Source: Methanothrix sp. (GTDB lineage: Archaea > Halobacteriota > Methanosarcinia > Methanotrichales > Methanotrichaceae). Taken from it: DNA of 64,000 nt. The stretch lies in assembly GCA_963682135.1 (NCBI GenBank), contig OY821645.1, positions 2,784,001 to 2,848,000 on the forward strand, given 5' to 3'. The notes below the pieces were generated by a model. That model ran no database searches. It saw only the letters and a list, made by a program, of their open reading frames with translations, and was not told the origin of the DNA. Of the stretch, positions 60,746 through 64,000 are shown one piece after another; the first letter of the stretch is position 1, and every line of letters begins with the position of its first letter. Both the position numbers and the translations under genes were made by a program.

Positions 60746-60863
60746 GTTTTTAAAATCAGGGATTATTGAGTAAATTATTTTCCGTCAATACCTATAAGCT
60801 TTAAACTGCGAGTGATTCAGATGTGCTTGCACTGATGATTTCACACTATTTTCATCTGATTTG

Positions 60864-61766
60864 CTAAAGATGAGATTTCCACCAGAGAATTGTTTCATCC
60901 AATCCTCGGTCAAGTTCGTATTTGGGTGTCCAGCCCACTTCTTTTGTAATGCGACTAACATCAGCCACCAATAATGGTGGGTCGTCTGATGACATAGGAA
61001 CTGCGCCATACTCAATATGATCACTGTTATTGATCTTGTCCGAAATTTTTTGGATTATATTTTTTAAGACAACAGGCCTGCCCGATCCGATATTCACTGG
61101 CCCCTCAACACCGCTTTCCAATAGAGCTATAAATGCATCTGCGACATCCTTAACATATAAAAAATCTCGAATCTGATTTCCGTGAGAACAGCGTGCTTTT
61201 TCTCCCATCAGCAAAGAGCGAATAACAGATGATGTCAGTCGGTCTTGATGCTCATAAGGGCCATATAGGAAAAAAATGCGCCCCCATGCTGTACTGAGTC
61301 CGGTTTCTTTGGATAGACTATCAAGTATTATTTGCAGAGAATGCTTGCATGTTCCATAAAGTGTTGAAGGTAAAAGAGGAGTCACTCTTTCAGAACAATA
61401 TCCATATCTCCAATCATACTCCGCGCACGTGCCAGCCAGAACCGCTCTCTTTCCACCGTTAACAACGAACGCCTGCAAGAGCTCAAGGCTTGATTGAACC
61501 CAGCGGATGTTCTCCAGTGATGTCCAGCATTTTCCCGGCACAACGTACCAGGCAAAGTGTAATAAGTGCGATGGCATAACATCGGTCACTAAATCTTGTA
61601 GCTGCAAGGAATTCAATAGGTCGATTTTGTGCCAGTGAATAACTGAACTGCTATCCATGGGGCACCTTGTAGAAACGGCATGAACCTCATAACCCCTCGA
61701 AGACAAAAAAGGCAGGCAATGACGGCCTATAAATCCTGTAGCTCCCGTGAGCAATATTCTTTTCAT
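60864..61766 (-). CDS. NAD-dependent epimerase/reductase (NDP-4-keto sugar reductase-like)
   Basis: TGATGFIG, HFAW, GTCAEY, YGTCK, YGP, IRDFLYV.DVA. Confidence 0.88.
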   Translation of the reverse strand: MKRILLTGATGFIGRHCLPFLSSRGYEVHAVSTRCPMDSSSVIHWHKIDLLNSLQLQDLVTDVMPSHLLHFAWYVVPGKCWTSLENIRWVQSSLELLQAFVVNGGKRAVLAGTCAEYDWRYGYCSERVTPLLPSTLYGTCKHSLQIILDSLSKETGLSTAWGRIFFLYGPYEHQDRLTSSVIRSLLMGEKARCSHGNQIRDFLYVKDVADAFIALLESGVEGPVNIGSGRPVVLKNIIQKISDKINNSDHIEYGAVPMSSDDPPLLVADVSRITKEVGWTPKYELDRGLDETILWWKSHL

Positions 61767-61828
61767 AGATTGATGTCCGAATGCTTTTTATATTTGGCTG
61801 AGATAATTTGTTTTTGATATGAAAATGA

Positions 61829-62163
61829 GTGACTATTCAGCCCTTCCCTGTAAATCATTACGGTTTTAGGCTGAAACCAACGTTTTTCCGGGAATGAATG
61901 GATTGCCTTCAAAGACTCCTTGAATGGCGTCGATAACTGAAATGGAGTTCTTTTTGACCGTAGAGATATATCCTCTAATTCTGCAAAAGATTCTGGCCCC
62001 TTCCCAGCTCCTGAAGTTGCCTGAAATTTTCTGCTGAACTTTCACCATTCTCTGATCCCTCTCTGCCAGATTATTGTCAAATGGAACCTCAAAGTCATAC
62101 ATGAAAGCCAAAGCTTCTCTCCGATACTTGTCCATTCTCTCCAACAGATTTGAGGCCTTTGTC
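61829..62163 (-). pseudogene. IS66-family transposase 3' fragment with terminal end
   Basis: VPFDNNLAERDQRMVKVQQKISG; end sequence GTGACTATTCAG at about 61829. Confidence 0.8.
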
Positions 62164-62192
62164 TTTTTGATATGAAAATGATTCATATTTAC

Positions 62193-62750
62193 CTATGCAG
62201 TCGCCGCCTTTGTCACTGAAGATCCGGCCTTCTCAAGCGATCTAACCATCGATTGCTCTCTTCTTTTTGATGTTCTTTCATGAATGGCCTCTGCACCCAT
62301 ATCCTGATAAGGCTCAGATGTCTTGAGTACAAAGTAGATATCGATAAGCATACACGATGCGCCAAAGCAACAAGAGTCAAGAGTCTTCTTTTTGCCCTCC
62401 CTTCTGATGAAATTATGGTAGAAGGCATTATATGAGGTGTTCTTAGTTTTTGAAGCAGCCCATGCGGATTCAGTTAAGGCTCCCTTTAGAAAGGAATTGC
62501 CTTTCTGTGTTTTTCCGCTCTTCTTCTTTCCCGCACTCTCGTTATTGCCTGGGCATACGCCCGCCCAAGAGTAAAGATGTGCTTCATCTGGAAACTGAGA
62601 CATATCATTCCCAATTTCTGCCAATATTGCTGACGCATTAACTTCACTGATTCCTGGAATCGTTTGAATCAGCTTCGATTCCTTCTGAAAAGGGATCATC
62701 TTTTTCTCGATCTCCTCATCGTGTTTATTTATTTGCTTGGTAAGATCGTC
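62193..62750 (-). pseudogene. Second IS110-family transposase, 3' fragment
   Basis: TIPGIS, AEIG.DMSQF, GVCPGNNESAGKKKSG; degraded near the C-terminus. Confidence 0.82.
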
Positions 62751-63293
62751 GATACCAAGAAAGATGAACCACTGGAAACCCACTATTTTATCGAAGCGGT
62801 TGTCGAGCTTGATGCAGATTCTATTTTAAGAAAACGCCAGATGCTGGGTCAGTTTGTCCTTGCCACTAATAAAATGGATCTGGACGGGGAGACTATCCTT
62901 GCCAATTACAAAGGGCAACAGAAGGTTGAGCATGGATTCCGCTTCTTAAAGGATAAATGCTTTCATGTTGCGGAGATCTATCTCAAGAAAGAGGAGCGAA
63001 TAGAATCGCTAGCCATGATCGTGGTTCTCACTCTTCTCATCTATGCTTTTGGCGAATGGATCTTAAGGAAAAAACTAAGTGAAACCGGAATGACTGTACC
63101 CAATCAGCTCAAAAAACCGACCCAAAAACCAACTATGAGATGGGTGTTCCAGATTTTTATGAGGGTCACACACACGGTATTGATTGAAGACGGTCATGTG
63201 GTTAAAACAATAGTTCACCTAACCCAAGAACAGGTAACAATACTCAAGCTTCTTGGACCGGAATGTAAAAAATACTATGGGTTGGAGGGTTAA
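62751..63293 (+). pseudogene. IS1634-family transposase 3' fragment
   Basis: GQFVLATN, YKGQQKVEHGFRFLKD, YLKKEERIESL, PNQLKKPTQKPTMRWVF. Confidence 0.82.
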
Positions 63294-63498
63294 TGCGGAA
63301 ATCCTCATGAGCCAGGACTAAGGCTCACGCTCGAAGAATGAAAAAAACCGATATGCAGTTCGGTTCTTTCATAGGAATGTGGGATACATTCTGGCCAAAA
63401 GCCTCGTTGTGCACAGGTCTTTCCGGCTCATGATAATTGAATCTCTTAGTTTTGTATCGTTGAATTTCTCAGATACCACTCGTTGCGCCTTTTTTAGA

Positions 63499-64000
63499 TC
63501 AAATTACATTTACTTCCGGTATAGGAATTATGAACCGTCCCCCACGTCGGCGATATTCTGCTTGCTGAACTAGAATTTCGTCGGCAAAATTCCATGTTAG
63601 TAATAATATGTAATCCGGCATTGATACCAACAGTTTGTCTGGAGAATATATTGGCAAGTGCACTCCAGGCATATAATGGCCCTGTTTAAAGGTACTGCGA
63701 TCAACAACATAGTCCAAGAACTGCTGCCCAATTCCAAAGTAATTTAGAAGGGTACTGCCCTTGGCAGCAGCTCCATATGCTGCAATTGCCTTTCCATCCT
63801 GTTTCAAGTAAGCCAGGAGGCTGCAGAGGGATTCCTTTAGCTCCTCAACCCTTCGCGCAAAGTCATTATAATACTCAAATCGATCCATTCCCCAATTAGC
63901 CTCAGCCCTTAGCAGGTTTTGCACAGCATTAGAACGGCCAGAGGAGCTGGCTTTTGCCACCAAGAGTCGAAGCGTGCCTCCATGAATTAGCACTCTTTCT
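63499..64000 (-). CDS. NDP-sugar C-methyltransferase (class I SAM), C-terminal part; 5' end outside the window
   Basis: IHGGTLR, YGAAAKGSTLLNY, KQGHYMPG.HLPI, LLTWNFADEI, GGRFIIPIP. Confidence 0.88.
   Translation of the reverse strand, partial: ERVLIHGGTLRLLVAKASSSGRSNAVQNLLRAEANWGMDRFEYYNDFARRVEELKESLCSLLAYLKQDGKAIAAYGAAAKGSTLLNYFGIGQQFLDYVVDRSTFKQGHYMPGVHLPIYSPDKLLVSMPDYILLLTWNFADEILVQQAEYRRRGGRFIIPIPEVNVI

Overview
Archaeal (Methanothrix/Methanosaeta-like Methanosarcinales) chromosomal window in three parts. (1) About 1-28 kb is mostly housekeeping: the 5' part of the fpo operon (fpoA, B, fused CD, H, partial I), deoxyhypusine synthase, ubiX, an orphan NfnA-like subunit, an AAA ATPase/PhnP pair, Rpp21, tRNA-Pro(GGG) and several secreted proteins. 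A decayed tyrosine-integrase islet at the tRNA 3' end carries an intact AT-rich EVE + PD-(D/E)xK nuclease gene. (2) About 28.9-35.2 kb is a degenerate tandem duplication (acylphosphatase-coiled-coil gene / palindromic repeat / GT2 / wecB) with toxin-antitoxin modules between REP-like palindromes. (3) About 35.2-64 kb is an AT-rich glycan biosynthesis island (FnlABC-like L-FucNAc pathway, DegT, B12 radical SAM, many glycosyltransferases, C-methyltransferase) containing many IS elements. Best leads: an intact IS110 whose upstream non-coding region has a hairpin with a 15-nt perfect complement to the element's right end (bridge-RNA candidate); a highly structured ~270-nt unannotated intergenic RNA candidate; an ORF-less IS200/605 omegaRNA/HEARO-like element; a four-copy acylphosphatase family with variable heptad tandem repeats; and the EVE nuclease. 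All family calls come from motif recognition by eye; no database searches or folding programs were run.
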